A stretch of 64,000 bases of DNA, from positions 1,488,001-1,552,000 of the forward strand of contig CDPCPM010000104.1 of the NCBI GenBank assembly GCA_976551045.1. Reading direction: 5' to 3'. Every line of letters starts with the position of its first letter. Position 1 is the stretch's first letter. This DNA comes from Glaucostegus cemiculus. Its lineage: Eukaryota. A model generated the notes under the pieces. That model saw nothing but the letters and a program-made list of their open reading frames with translations. It had not been told where the DNA came from and searched no databases. Below are positions 35,464 through 48,970 of this stretch, in pieces. Position numbers and translations under genes: made by a program.

Positions 35464-38400
35464 TAGATTAATATCCAGAACATGTACAAGTTTGTTTAAT
35501 ATTTCCCCTGTGCCTGCCCACCCCACCCCCACTGCCTGGCACCATGTCTGTTAGGAACTAAATTCCTAATCTAACAAGAGTCTAATGTAGGAGTGGGTTA
35601 GGTGGGATAACTGCTGCTCAAAGCGACCCCTGGCTTACTTAATTATAACATTATACTTAAAGTTCACTTGCCTAGTGCAGAAAACCCAAATGATAAATGT
35701 CATGGGGTCCCCAGTGCAGGTGCCATGCCATGCCGTGATGCTATGTATACTTTGTCATTAACAAGTGCAAAATACTTTTGCATGTTCAATGCTGCAGGTG
35801 TCACAGCCCATACTGAAACTGGCTGAAACTGGAAGAGGTAAGGTCTGCTTCATCATTATGTTAAAGGGCACCACAGTTTACCATTGTACTGAGTCTCCCA
35901 ACCAGCTTCTCCCCCACTTCTTGCCACTGGATTCCTCAAGGCTCCACTTGAATAGCCAGTGGACCACTCCCTCCACCTCCTCCTTAATCAGGCCTGAACC
36001 CCTTTAACCCTGGCATCTTCTTCTACTAATGGCTTACACAACAGAGGCTCCAAAACCTCTGGGCCCAATCCTCTCTATCACAGCCTTGCCACCACTTCAC
36101 CAATGCGCTTCTCTCTCTCTTTCCCTGCCTCATCCCCAACTTTGCCCTCTTTCCCTTGTGATCTGTGAACTACTAAACATCCTCAGTGACAGGGAAAGCA
36201 GAGGAGGAAAGGTATTTCTTTTCTCTGCTCTGATCTATTAAATATGACACTTGTGCCTCATGCACAATAGAATTTCACTGCCAGGGAACAACACCCAAAC
36301 TTGGTATAAGCCCCAATGCATAGGCATACTTAATATGCTTTCCAGATGCTGAAAAGATCTATATTTGTTTACTTTCCTTTCCTTGTTTACGCCATGCCAC
36401 TAATTATTTGTGAAAATAGGTGATCAGCTCAAACATCTATCAATGTTAATCTGCAAGCGTACACCAGGAAGTGTGCACAGTAATTTCTGGTTTTCCCTGA
36501 CTACCTTTGGGGAAACTCCAATCAGACTTAATTGCCATCTACTGGTCAGTGGATTGGAACCTGCATATGTGGCAGCAAAATTTGATGAAACAATAAATAA
36601 GCCAAAGAGAAGTTCCTCTCATTTGGATGCTGCTGAATTTACACGGCTACAGTCAGTGCCCTCCAATAAAAATTAGTATCTTCTGGTCCGGTATTTGGTG
36701 AAAATTCATGAGAGGAGTGAACTGTGTATAATACATTTTCCCAATGAATTTATTTCAGTGTATTTCTATGTTTGTCTGCTGTGTTAGAAAAATTGGATAC
36801 ATATAGCTCTTCACATAAATCATTAAGATTTATGGAAGAATAAACAGCAACTCTTGAGACTTTTGGTAGTCATATTTATACAAGATGATATCATTGATTT
36901 AACTTAAGAGAATATAAAAACCAGGAGTGAAGTAACAGGCTAGCCATTCAATATAACCTATTCCTTACAATCGCACAGTCAAAATTACCCATCTGAAATC
37001 AGAAGATATTACAGTAGCTCTGAGATAAGAGTATTTCTATTTTTAAAAATTCTGTAGTTATGCTTTGTATTCTCACACAAAAGGCTGCTCTAATAAAACC
37101 CTGGCATGGTGCCCCAGCTGTTGCTAGTTTGTGTAGCGCAGAAACGTTGTCCTATTTGAAATAAAATATGCTGACCACTCACACACAAAGACCTTTAAAA
37201 CTGGACCACTGTATTCAACTTTCATTCAACCAGGTCACATTCGATCTGGGACGAGAGGGATAATATCCCTTCACAAAGCTAACTGAACTTGTAAGAAATG
37301 CTGAATAAGTTTGGGTTTAAAAATTACAATGATAATTTCACTTTAAAACAGCAAAGGGGCTGTGACAAAACTCCATGGCAATTTTCGCCTGAGCTTGAGT
37401 ATAATACAGTCTCAGTAAGAAAAGGCCTATCTGTTATCAATCTTCCAAGTGCTGGAGGAAATGGAGGATGCTGACCTGAAGCCCACTCCCTTGGGTCAGT
37501 GCATGCTGGGAAGGAAAACAGACCACAGAGCAGACAATTTTCAGCTTGGCTGCATTCACTTTCTCTACTAGGCCCCATGAAAACAAACTGACATAACAAA
37601 GGACGCAAAATTAATGACCCGTAGTCTTTGTCAATTGACTCCTGGTACCAGCAGCCAATTCACCTTAATTTTTTTTTCACTTTTGTAAACTTTCAACATG
37701 TCCTCTGGCATCTGGCTGAGACTCTTGGCATTAAACTCTTCAAAGAGTTCAGTTGTTGCCTCTCTTTGTAATTTGTTAATCTAAGTGTAATTATGCCTCT
37801 AAAACAACAAACAAACCAATAGTTTTGGATCAGCGTTAAGCTATTAGCTGAAACATTTAAGATAGGAGTTAATTAAAATCACCTCCCCAGTGTAGTCTTG
37901 TATTTCATAGAGAGGACTAATCAATAACAACTGTCAAGATATTCTTTCAGTTTAAAGACTCACATGAAGAATATGTCTCAACACTTCAAGTCACATCAAA
38001 GGAAGATTTAATCAAATTCTCAAGTTGAATTGTGTGTAGTAAAATAATTTCAAAACTCCAACCCTTAAACCAGTACATGCTCTTTAATTTGTTTTGCCTA
38101 CAGGAGATGTCATCCCAAATTTCCTGGAATAAACCCACAAGTATCCAGTATTCACTGGTACAATGTAGCAAAAAGAAAAAGAACCCAAGACTTGAGAAGT
38201 GAGTGAGTAAGGGAGGGATACACGGAATAATTGCACAATCTGAATGAGAAGTAAATAAACAGACCTATTTTTCTCAAAGAAAAATAGAATATTTTACTGA
38301 TGGAAGAATTCTTCAAGTGAATGCATTTAATCCACAGTTCCAATACTTGGTGAATCAGTGTCAACAGTTCTTACGAAAATGGGATGCTGACAGAAGTGGG

Positions 38401-38984
38401 ATTCTGTGACATTCAGCGTTATAGCGACAACCCTAAATTGTCACAACATTGACATTCTGCTACTAATTCTGTCTGAAATAAGAATTTATTGGACTAGTCG
38501 ACTCTTTGAATTGAAGTTACACTCAAATAAGTCACAACCTTATTTAACGGAGGAACAGTGTTGAGGGGCCGTGTGACTGCAACTCCCAATTTGTATGTTT
38601 GTTTGTTTATACATATGTTCTACTCTCTTCCAAACTGTCTCAGGTTGATATTTGCTTGTTTGAAGTTGCTTTGGGAAGTTGGCATTCCCGTGGACTCATT
38701 CTCTCAATGATCTGTGCACCTCTGGTAGAAAAGCTGTAATCTAGTGGCTTTTTGTGAGCACAGCTGTGAAAATGTATTGCAGTGGGCACGCAGTAACTCT
38801 CAGGCCTGGATTTTTGCTGGGTTCAGCAGTTTTAAGTAACAGAGAGACAGAATATACAGTATGTGTCTCAGAGCATTAATGCTGGAGAATCTGCACATGG
38901 ATCCAGTGCCAGGTTAGGCCATTGATCTCATTGGAGCTTGTAGAGGTGCAGAGAAGGAAAGAAAGAAAACAAATTAAGCTGTTC

Positions 38985-39091
38985 TTATGAAAAATGCACT
39001 TTGATCTTAATAATTTAAATGTGTTTTTAATTGTCTTTATGAAAAATGCACTTTGATCTTAATAATTTAAAAGTGTTTTTAATTGTCTTTA
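38985..39091. repeat. 52-bp tandem duplication (2 copies, 1 mismatch)
   Basis: TTATGAAAAATGCACTTTGATCTTAATAATTTAAA[T/A]GTGTTTTTAATTGTCT at 38985 and 39037. Confidence 0.95.
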
Positions 39092-39664
39092 CCAGTCCCG
39101 ATACCTTCCAACTCTCAACCTTCCAAATGAAGATCCTTCTGGCAGCACCTCGTGAGGTTTAGAACCTCAGGGTGTTATACTTATGATCTGGGGAGAGACT
39201 CTTGCCATACTTAATTGTGTGGCTTTTTTTTAACATTTCAGAAGAATAATTTAATTATAAACTGCATCCAAAGAAATATTAAGACTCTTGTATGAGATAG
39301 CTAGAACATGACTGAGAAATTCCAAATAATTCCTTCAGAAATATTTGCTTTTGAAATAAACAGATCCTGCTAAACAAATACCTCCTGTAACCATTGTGAA
39401 TACATCATAACCTTCAGCTTGTATAGAGGTGATCTCATCGTATTGTTATGGTCACAAGTCATGGATTCAGAATCATTATTGGAAAGTGAATATTTATCAA
39501 TTTACAACTATTTTCTGCTCCTTTCTCAGATGCTGCAGCTACTACAGGAAACTAATCACCCTTTGATCCTTGGTTACAAGTTCAACACTCCAGATTTAAT
39601 CTCTTCAATTTAATGGCACTGATGTCTAAAGTCCCGATTGCCAATGAAGACTCCTGCTACATAG

Positions 39665-39995
39665 CATCAGTTTGGCTCACTTAGCTGCTACTGAATCCCA
39701 AGTTGTGGCCATTCAAGCATCTAAGTTCATAATCTATGGTGGCGCTTTGGTGAAGTGGTGGGGAAATACCACATTGCCAGATCTGCCTCTTTTAGCTGTG
39801 ATATTAAACTGAGTTCCACCTATTCATTCAGGTTCAAGTTAAAAATCAGATGGCATACCCTGGAAAGAGCCCTCCTAGTTTCAGAGGACCACAGTAGTTC
39901 AAGACTGCGGCTCACCACCACCAGGGTAATTGGAGATGAGCAATAAATATTAGCCTTGGCTGGGACTTACTCATCCCAAAATATAAATAAAATAT
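39665..39995 (+). mobile_element. Degraded DeuSINE with a different (CR1-type) tail
   Basis: Deu-domain remnant TGCCTCTTTTAGCTGTGATATTAAACTGAG…AAAAATCAGATGGCA; tail GTAATTGGAGATGAGCAATAAATATTAGCCTTGGC…CATCCCAAAATATAAATAAAA. Confidence 0.55.
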
Positions 39996-40000
39996 AATTC

Positions 40001-40340
40001 AGGCAGCAGAGAGGTTCAGCCAGTAGAGCTGCTGCCCCACAGCTCCAGAGACTTGGGTTCGATCCTGACCGCTGGTGCTGCCTGTGTGTGGCTTGCACGT
40101 TCTCTCTGTGACTCCCACATTCACCCACATCTAAAGATATGCAGCTCAGTAGGTTAGCTGGCCACCGTAAACTGCATCTAGTGTTTGGGTGAGTGGTAGA
40201 ATCTGGGGGCTAGTTAATTAAAACCTTGTGAGAATAAAATTAAATTTGCATAAGGTTAGTGTAAATGGGTGCTTGATAGTCAGCACAGACCCAGTGGGCT
40301 GAAGGGCCTGTTTCTGTGGTGTATCAGTCTAAGACTCTAC
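40001..40340 (+). mobile_element. HE1-type V-SINE
   Basis: GTAGAGCTGCTGCCCCACAGCTCCAGAGACTTGGGTTCGATCC head; tail GTGGGCTGAAGGGCCTGTTTCTGTGGTGTATCAGTCTAAGACTCTA shared with CR1/HER1. Confidence 0.85.
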
Positions 40341-40344
40341 AATC

Positions 40345-40555
40345 ATTCACTCCAACCTTTGCTGGCCATGCCTTCTATTATGCAAGCCCCAAGCTATGGA
40401 ATTCTCCCTCCGAACCAAACTTTTTAGTCCCCCCCTCCTGTACTTCCTTAAAACCTACCAAGGATTCAGTCTCATCTTCTTTGACCATTACCTATTTTGT
40501 TTTCTGACTGCTTTCCTGAAAAACTCATTGAAAAGGTTTGCTATGTTAATGTATT
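40345..40555 (+). mobile_element. Degraded L2 3' fragment
   Basis: GCTGGCCATGCCTTC…CCCCAAGCTATGGAATTCTCCCTCC…CCTTAAAACCTACC matches the L2 ends at 22.6 and 28.4 kb. Confidence 0.55.
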
Positions 40556-42929
40556 TTATTAATTGAGATTTTATTCATTACATCACTACAGTTGTGCAGT
40601 CTGTTGAGAACAAGGCTGTAGGATCAAGCTGAACAAAACAATTAAAATATGTATTGTACTGAAGAATATTAGCAAGATGTTAGTTACCTGCAAATCTTTG
40701 AAAGGTTTAATGCTGAGAATTCAAGCCAGAGATTTACTTTAACCAGTCTCTCACATGTCAATGCTCCTCACAACAAGTCATACATCTTTATTTCTGTTGG
40801 TTTTATTAATTTCACTTGAGCAATGACAAGCTGTTCTCATTGTTCCAGCTAATCCGCTAGAGGAAATATGTTGGCACGCTGGCAAATATCCTTGGCTCCC
40901 CTAAATTGTTTGCAAATAGTTTCATTGTTCGTGTTTAAGTCTGTGGAAACAGCAGCAACTCACTAGAGGCTGCCCAGTGAGCCTACATCTGCCCACATGG
41001 CACAGGCTGGAGTAAGCTCATCTATTATTGTCTGTTGCTATCTTCTACTTATCTTGTGTAAGTGCACCAGGACATAAAAAAGCATTTACTCTTATCATTA
41101 GATTGAGTTTTCTCCCCCCTTTCCTTCCCCCCATAATACTCAATTATGTGTAATGAAGTATCACATAGGTTAATCATTATAGCAGATCAATCTACATAGT
41201 CACATAGCACTGCCTCTCGTGATCACGTTACATTGGCTTACAATCAACACAGCACAACCTCTAAGAGGACAACAGAAGGACGATAAAGAAATAATTACTT
41301 TTGAAGGATGCTTCAGGATTAGTTTATAATTTTTCTTATTGATCTCTGGTTTAGAGCATGACCTTTACAGAAGAAGGCATACTTTCACTTAATGTGTTTT
41401 ATATTTTGAAAGTGGTTCATAAAAATCAATGATTTATCTTGTTTTTTTTTAGCAGCAGCCAGTTTACAGTTTCCGAATCATATGGACTGCCTCCATTCCA
41501 AGAATTTATTCTGAAATAATTTATTTTTTAAATTAGAATCCAGTACACAGAGATTGTTCTGTTCCCTTTCATGACCCTTTTAATGTTGAAATGGGGAAGG
41601 CAGGACTCTTTTCTAGGCAGGTTATTAAATTTCAGTGATATGGTGATATAATCAATACACATATATGCAGACCAGGCTTGGGTCTGCCTCCAGTTCACAC
41701 AGGCAGAGTACACCATGACGTGGTACCATCGTGTAAAAGCAAACCATTTGAAATCTTTGCCGATCTTCACTCTGAATTGAATTAAATGGAAATAAAAGTT
41801 GGGAAATATATCTTTGTTACTTCACAGTTCCTAGGTCTAGGAATTCAATTGTGTAGCACATGTTTTTGCATGCATTACATGCTTTAATGGAGATATAAAA
41901 CTGATGGCAGGATGCGATTGGGTCTTTTTAAGCATGCATAGCCCATGATTTGACTTTGAATCATGTGTTTATGTGCGTGTCATGGACTTTTGCACGCAAG
42001 ATACGGGGCATGAAATGGTGACACAGCTTGGCGGGCAACACACATTCAACCTTGATACTGAATCTTTGCAGCATGAAGGAGCAGAGTGGGCAATGAACGG
42101 TAAAGCAAACCCCACTAGAAAAAAGCATTGCTTGAGTGCTCCTTAAAGAGCAGACCTTACTTACACTGTTATTGGGGAATCCATTGCAAAAGATATTTGA
42201 TGGACCCAGCACAGATGCAATAAAAGGCCAGATTTCTGAACATTTTGCAGGTGAGGCCTACATTTTCTCCCCAGGGTCCCTCTCTCCACCTCTCAATGCT
42301 CCAACCACTATCCCCCTCCTAAACCTCACCGCCCCTGGGTTCTTCATGTTCCTTAACCCAGTGTTGGAGAACTGCGTACTCAGAACCATGTGTATCATTG
42401 CATTCTTATCATTAGGTCACTTCAAGTTGATCTAGTACTTCCAGCAGTAAGTCCAGCAGAGAACTGCCATTTTCAGAGTACCAACCACGTCTGCGCAACA
42501 CACAGGTCAAAATGCAGTTCACACACACCTTCTGAATTTATATGGGGTTACGATCACACAGAAGGTAATGAATGCACTGTTCACAAACTTGATGCCTTAT
42601 ACTTCACTTATGCACAAAAATCACTCCACAGTGGCCCCAGATCAAAATATCGCGGGGCATCTGCACAGCACCATTTGAGTTTTTTGTTATGTATTTCAGC
42701 CCTCAGTCTATAACCTCAGGAAAATGTTCTCATTTATATCTCTGGTCCAGTGAGGATAACCTTAGGCTTCCCTACAATGAACTCCATCTGGTACTGATTT
42801 GCTCAATTATTTAATCTATGTTGCCTTGCAACTTCTTGCACTCATCCATTCTGTCCCCCCCAAACAGTGTTTATCTTGAACACTGGATATACAATATAAA
42901 TTAACAATGATTCATTTTAAATGAAAATC

Positions 42930-43150
42930 TAAGGTCCCACTATAGATCTCTGGAGACACCACTTGCTCCATGCTGCTAACCAGAGATTGTCGCCTTTATC
43001 CCTGTCTCTTATCTTCCAATCAATTGTTGACTCACATCACAAAGTCAGCTCCAATTCCAAGCATTTTCATTTCTACTAATAATTTCTTGAATGGAACCTT
43101 ATCATATGCCGATTGGTAATTTATCCATTGTCACTCACCCATCAACCATA
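42930..43150 (-). mobile_element. Very old CR1 RT-region remnant
   Basis: GGTCCCACTATAGATCTCTGGAGACACCAC (minus strand SGVSRDL*WD, resembling SGVPQGSVLGP) and GGAACCTTATCATATGCC (resembling AFDKVP). Confidence 0.5.
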
Positions 43151-46100
43151 CTAATGACTTCGAGAAAGACTGAACCAGGTTGGTTTGCACATTTGGTTTG
43201 CACAAATGACTTTGCACATTTCCTTGTGGATACTTTTGGTGTACCTGTTACTTTTCTAAGCAACTGGTCACTCTGTCTCCTGTTTACATGACTTCAAAGG
43301 TTCTGGGAATGCAGACACACTTAAAATATGTAACATTCATTGTTAGGGACTGGAGTTATGCTCTGCACAGAATTGTAGTTAGGGCCATAAACAAGGCGCT
43401 GCCTAGCTGGAACCGATTCTGCAGCTACTGGTCTTAACCCAGTAACTGCAAAATAAACAGTCTTCCAGGATTCCTTGCAGAGCCATGCTCACACAGACTG
43501 TGAGAAGTTATGGACTGATTCAGTTCAACATGTACCCAGTTTCACTTTGGTGACAGTAAGGTGCACTCTGCATTCGCTCCTAACCCCTCCAGGTGCCCAT
43601 CACTGACAACACCCACACTACCTTCCTTTAAAAATTGTCTTATGTTCAAGTATTGTTCATCTGTACAATGTGTACATTCCCATGAATCCAGGCACATTTT
43701 TTGACTGCTGATCATTAGCAGGAATGAAAACCTCCACAATAGTCACTATTCTTCTTGGATTCACACACTGTGTTTGATTGCTGTCTTTTAGTCTATTTTA
43801 GGTGATTCACTGTTTCATAATAAGTTTAAAAGCAAGCAGCAGTCATTGCAAATAGGAATGTGACTAACAGGGAGAAAAGAAACCTTTGTTTAACATTTCA
43901 AAATTTATACAAGGACTAGAGTTAGCATTAGGTTTGCTTCTTCACAAGTTCACTTTACATCTGAGATGTGAGACCCCTACTCTGTCATTAAGTGTAACTA
44001 ACCAGAAACGGTTCTGGAAACTGATGGCCACATTGAAGTCCCCTTGGAAATCCGACCAAACTCCTTCACCCGAGTGTAATAAGGAATATCAGGCATTTAT
44101 TAATGGGCCATGCATGCAATGCCAGATACCAGCAGATGGCAGTTGTAACCAGTTTCCAAAGATCTACATAATTGAAACCAGGACTCATTCTCAACCGTAT
44201 AAAAGTAAACCCCATTATCTCTAAGGTACTCGATAATGAAAACAGATTTTAATATCTATACGAGGGTCAATGGCTTAATCCAAAAGAAAGATTTCTGGCT
44301 TGAAATCATCAGCAAGGTCTTGGCACTAATATTGAGGACATTTTGATTACAAGCAAGAGAGCTTAATGTTTATGAGTGTCTATCCTAACTTCTTATAGAT
44401 ATTATGACTGGGCCATGTCAAATTCACTTACTCTATACTTAAAAGGTGCTGGGATTCAGTGACCTGTTGCAGTTTCACACTTGCTCTATTTAAGTATTGA
44501 GAAGGCCCTTCAAAATGAGATTTCTCCAGTTCACAATCATACCTTCTGGTAAGTATCAGGTAAGTTTGGGTGTAACATGCACTCAATAAGCACAAAGAAC
44601 ACTCGACTTAGAGACTCTAGAGTCAAACAGAGTTCATTATCTCTCCTTGTTTAATGTTTAACCAATACCAACCTTTTGTAAAGTGTTATCTAGAATACTA
44701 TTTCTGCATTGGCCAGTATCTTTGTCTTCTTTTGACATAAGATATCATTTGCTCACAAATACTGTTGAATAGCTGTTTGACAAGCCCTCCTGGAGTGACA
44801 GAGCAAACAAATCAAAAGCATTCTTTGCAACTTTTATATCAGGCTTTTAAAAGACAGCAATCTCCTTCCTCAACCTACTGGAGGTCAAAAACAAATGAAA
44901 ATGACAGGATAAACAAATCATTTTTGTAAGAAAGCCATGATACTTGTACAAAAAAAACATAAAACTAGCCAGAGAGCAGCTAGAAACAGATGAAAAGCAA
45001 TCAACTAACCTGTTGCACAAAGCAAACAGATTCTTTTGACTGCTAATTCTAAAACACTTGCTTCAGAGTGAATCATGTACGCCACAGATTTATATACCCA
45101 GGCCAATTTGTCAGCTACATTTCAGAATAGCTGCTGCCAATTTTAGAACATTACATTGGAATGTCTGTCTCAAGGAAAGCAGTTTTTTTTCCTTTGCTAA
45201 CCTGGCAGCCATGTTCTTGCTGACACCAGTCAATGTTCTTTACTGATTGATTGGGATATAAAAACACTGATTAGAATCACCAATCGATTCCCAGGCCCAT
45301 CTTAATGCTCCAGGATTAAATTGGTGTCTGATGAGCAAGGTTTGTGTTTTATTTACAAAATATAAATTTAAGTTCAAGTTTGCTTTGACAACTTTCTTGT
45401 TAAATTACCACTAAAGTATCTTGTGAATTTCCATTTTAAGTGTAGCATTTGTATGGAGAGCATAGCAGTTTACCTAATTAATTTAGTTTGCCATCAATAT
45501 AAATATTGCTTTTGCTCTCAACCCATCTAGAAACCACATTAAAATAATAATAAATGCAGCTGAACAGCTTAAGTGTAGGGATATGGCTGGGAAAAGCAAT
45601 ACCACGCCAGACCTGTGAAATCATCTATCAGTTCCCTGGCCTGACCTCTGTGGCAGTAAAGCAACCCCCTAACATCAGGCATCTAATACACTGTCCCCCT
45701 AATCCAAAGCCATTAGATTTCACCAGACCATGGTGCCAGATGGTTTTGGAGTTATTGAACGTCTGTGGTATCACTCTGAAGGAGGTCATATGGGGGACAC
45801 TAACATATGAATAAGAACATTTTATTGGGAGAAACAGACAGATCTTCAGATTGATGTGGTTGTTCTCGAGAGAAATAGATTCCCTCCTTGGGTGTTTTTA
45901 ACAGGTTAGCAGTTATTAATTCTGCAGGAAAATGGAAGTACATTGTCCATTATTTGAATGCGGGCCTGGTTTAACAGCTGAATTTTAGTAATTTTCTATT
46001 CCCTTTACTGATGGCTCTGTTCTGTCAGTGTAACTGACTCGCATAATATGAGTGACTACATTTTATTTGGTGTGGCCCATAGAGTACAGAGAAGCTGATG

Positions 46101-48469
46101 CACGTACAATTTGCTGTACATACACCAAAGTATTGTGAAGAGTATCTCTGTCATTAACTAAAGAGAATTATTGCTTTGAAAAGGCACTGCACCCTTGTGA
46201 TATCACACAGCAAAGTTCATGTACCACCTGAGCAATGTCACTGTATCAAACAGCAATGCCAGTGTATCACAAAATTTGTCCCCTGTTAGGAAACTGCTTA
46301 CTTCAATGATAAATAATAAAATGTGACCAAATTGAAAGTGGAAGCTTTGGACAACGATGGAATGTAACTGCAGTGTTTGAAACAGAAAGTTCTAGAAACA
46401 GCACAGTCTGAATATTTCCCTTAGAAGGGCAATGTTTTGGGAAATATTATTCAAAAGTAAAAGGCAAACAGTAAAAAAAGTCTAAAATTTCATGTCTGGT
46501 CAGAAACACTTACTGCACTGCACTGAAGCATTTTCATGCTGCAGTCCACCTTCAAAATTCATTCCATTGCTTTTGGAGATTTAAAAGTAATATTTAGATG
46601 CAAACAGACGTCTTGTGGCGTTCCACATGGTTAGTCAGACAATACGTTTGATATGACAGAATGTTTCAGACCATGTAGTATACAGTATAATACTACCATT
46701 GTCATTTCTTTACAAATACTAAACATGTGAAATTTAAAGTCATTGTACAGCAGTTGTGGGAATCAAATTCATTGAATGTCAATTTTTCCATGCAACCTCT
46801 AATTTATTGTCCTCAATTATTATTCAAAAGAGATTACCCTCAATAATTTACTTTCAGCGTTTAGCTCTTAGATTGTGTGTAGCCAAATATAGCAGTAAGT
46901 CTTTGAAAATCAAGGTCTCCATAACAATATTGACACTCATTGATTTTAGCAGTACAGGTTTAAGAACTGATATTCATAAAAACACTAAGGAAACTTCTCC
47001 ACTCTCTGTATGAGATGGATAGAAGTTCTTGGATGCCTCTGTAAGAAGACAGTCTGGGTATGGTTCAAACTCTCACCCAACGTTCAACCTGAAGCAGTCT
47101 TTCATTTCATGTTCAGTGGATCCTAGGTTACAGACTTAATTCCTGCAGGAAGCCTTGAAAGTTTATGACTTAAATTGTTTTCCTGACTTTTTAAACAGCA
47201 TCTGAATTCCTGAATTTGATTAACGTTATGCCATCTAAAACCAGACATCAGCTATGCAAATGATGAAGTTTCAAATGGGGAGTAACTTTGTTGACATTGT
47301 CTCTTTGAAATAATAATATTTCTTCATCCAGTAGAGAAGAAAGATACAAGTTCACACCTGAGAGAAATCAACATATCACACTGTGTACACAGATAAGTTC
47401 TTTTAACTTTTGAACTCTGCAAAGTCATTATGAATCATAATCAACTATGGAGACAGTGGACTTTAAGATCAACAGATCAAATATTTGTCTTAACTATTAA
47501 GATGTTTAAACTATTATGTTGAATGGTTGCCCTTCTCTCAGCAGATAGGTTCGTCTGACACGTGTTGCCAAGGTTACATTAGGTATGTTCTACACATTGT
47601 GTATTTCTGCTATGCAATCAATCATATCTCCTGACAAATGATTTTCTGCAAGTGTTTTTTCTTCATTTATAATCTTTATTATTGAGGTGAAAGTGTGAAT
47701 TATCTTAGAAAATATGATAGTGAACATCATGAAGAGCTATAATGAGAGATCCTGGACAAACCAGGACCTTGAATGTAACATGAGTGAGCTAGGTGTAACT
47801 GAATGATCTTAGGAATGTTGGACAATGTTAGGTGAAGGACTATTCAGTATAATGAGCAATGTTATAATGGATGACTTATAATATAATCAGACAGTGTTAT
47901 AATGAGGTATGTGATCACATCAAGCTGTCAAATTAAACATGCAGGGTGTAATAAAGTTGTAAAAACATCATATTTGCAGAAAAAACAGCTTTATGTTCCA
48001 CCTGTGCCTCCTCTTCTTTGTCTAACAACTTAACATTTTCTACTGTTCTTTTTTTCCTAACTTTTAGTCAGCTTTTCTTTAAATGTATCTATATTATTCA
48101 ACAAGTGCTTGTTGTAATTACTTCAGCCTTCTAAATATGCTCTAGTAAAAGGCATGTCAAATGATTAATAATTAGAGTGGGAAATATGGACTCTGTCAGG
48201 AAATCTTGATGAAGGTAGTGTAATGTATATTAGACTGGATTATACTGGTATTTATATCAGACAATGGTAAAAGCAATGGTGTATAATCAGGAAGGCATAA
48301 CAAAAGCAAATAGGAGGTGTCAAAGTAAACAGAACATTATATTGGTGATTCACTGGTCAGCCAATACAGTTCTGTCCTCTGGAAGTTCCCAAAATGTGCC
48401 AACACACTAGCTCATGTAAAGAGGGAGAAGGGGAAAAAATATCTATAAGAAGATTTGGGAAAGATGGAC

Positions 48470-48970
48470 AATTATGGAAGGAAGAAGGTCATTCTGTCCA
48501 TCCACTTCTTTGCTCCAACTTGTCCCACTCCCCCTCTTTCTCCATGGCACTGCAGATGTTTTCCTTTCAAGTATTTATTCAATTCTCCTTTGAAAGTTTA
48601 TCATTGATCTTGTTCCTCCACCCTTCCTGGCACCACTTTCTGGATCACAATACCTCACTGTGTAAGGAACGTTTCCTTATGTTGATTCTGAATATTTTGC
48701 CAATCACATGACACCAGTGTTCTCTGGTTGCCAACTCTTCTGCTGCTAGAAACATCCTTTGCTTATTCACTTCATCAATCCCTTCTTGGTTATGACCACT
48801 TTTATCTTAGATTCTCTCAATCTTCTTGGTCCAAGGCAAACAGATATTTTTTTCCTGTCTCCACATAAATGGAATCTTGTATTCCCTGGTGACATTCTAA
48901 TAAGTCTCTTCTCCAGCTGCTCTAAGCTTTTGACATTCTTCTGAAAATTTTGAAGGACATGACTTCAGCT
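48470..48970 (-). mobile_element. Old CR1 3' fragment
   Basis: GGAAGAAGGTCATTCTGTCCATC…TTCCTCCACCCTTCCTGGCACCACTTTCTGGATCACAATACCTCACTGTGTAAG, typical inverted CR1. Confidence 0.6.

Noticed and set aside
43458-43481. CAGTCTTCCAG…TCCTTGCAGA, complementary to part of the 17.6 kb exon
   Set aside because: An isolated 11-mer match is expected by chance in 64 kb, and there are no further colinear blocks.
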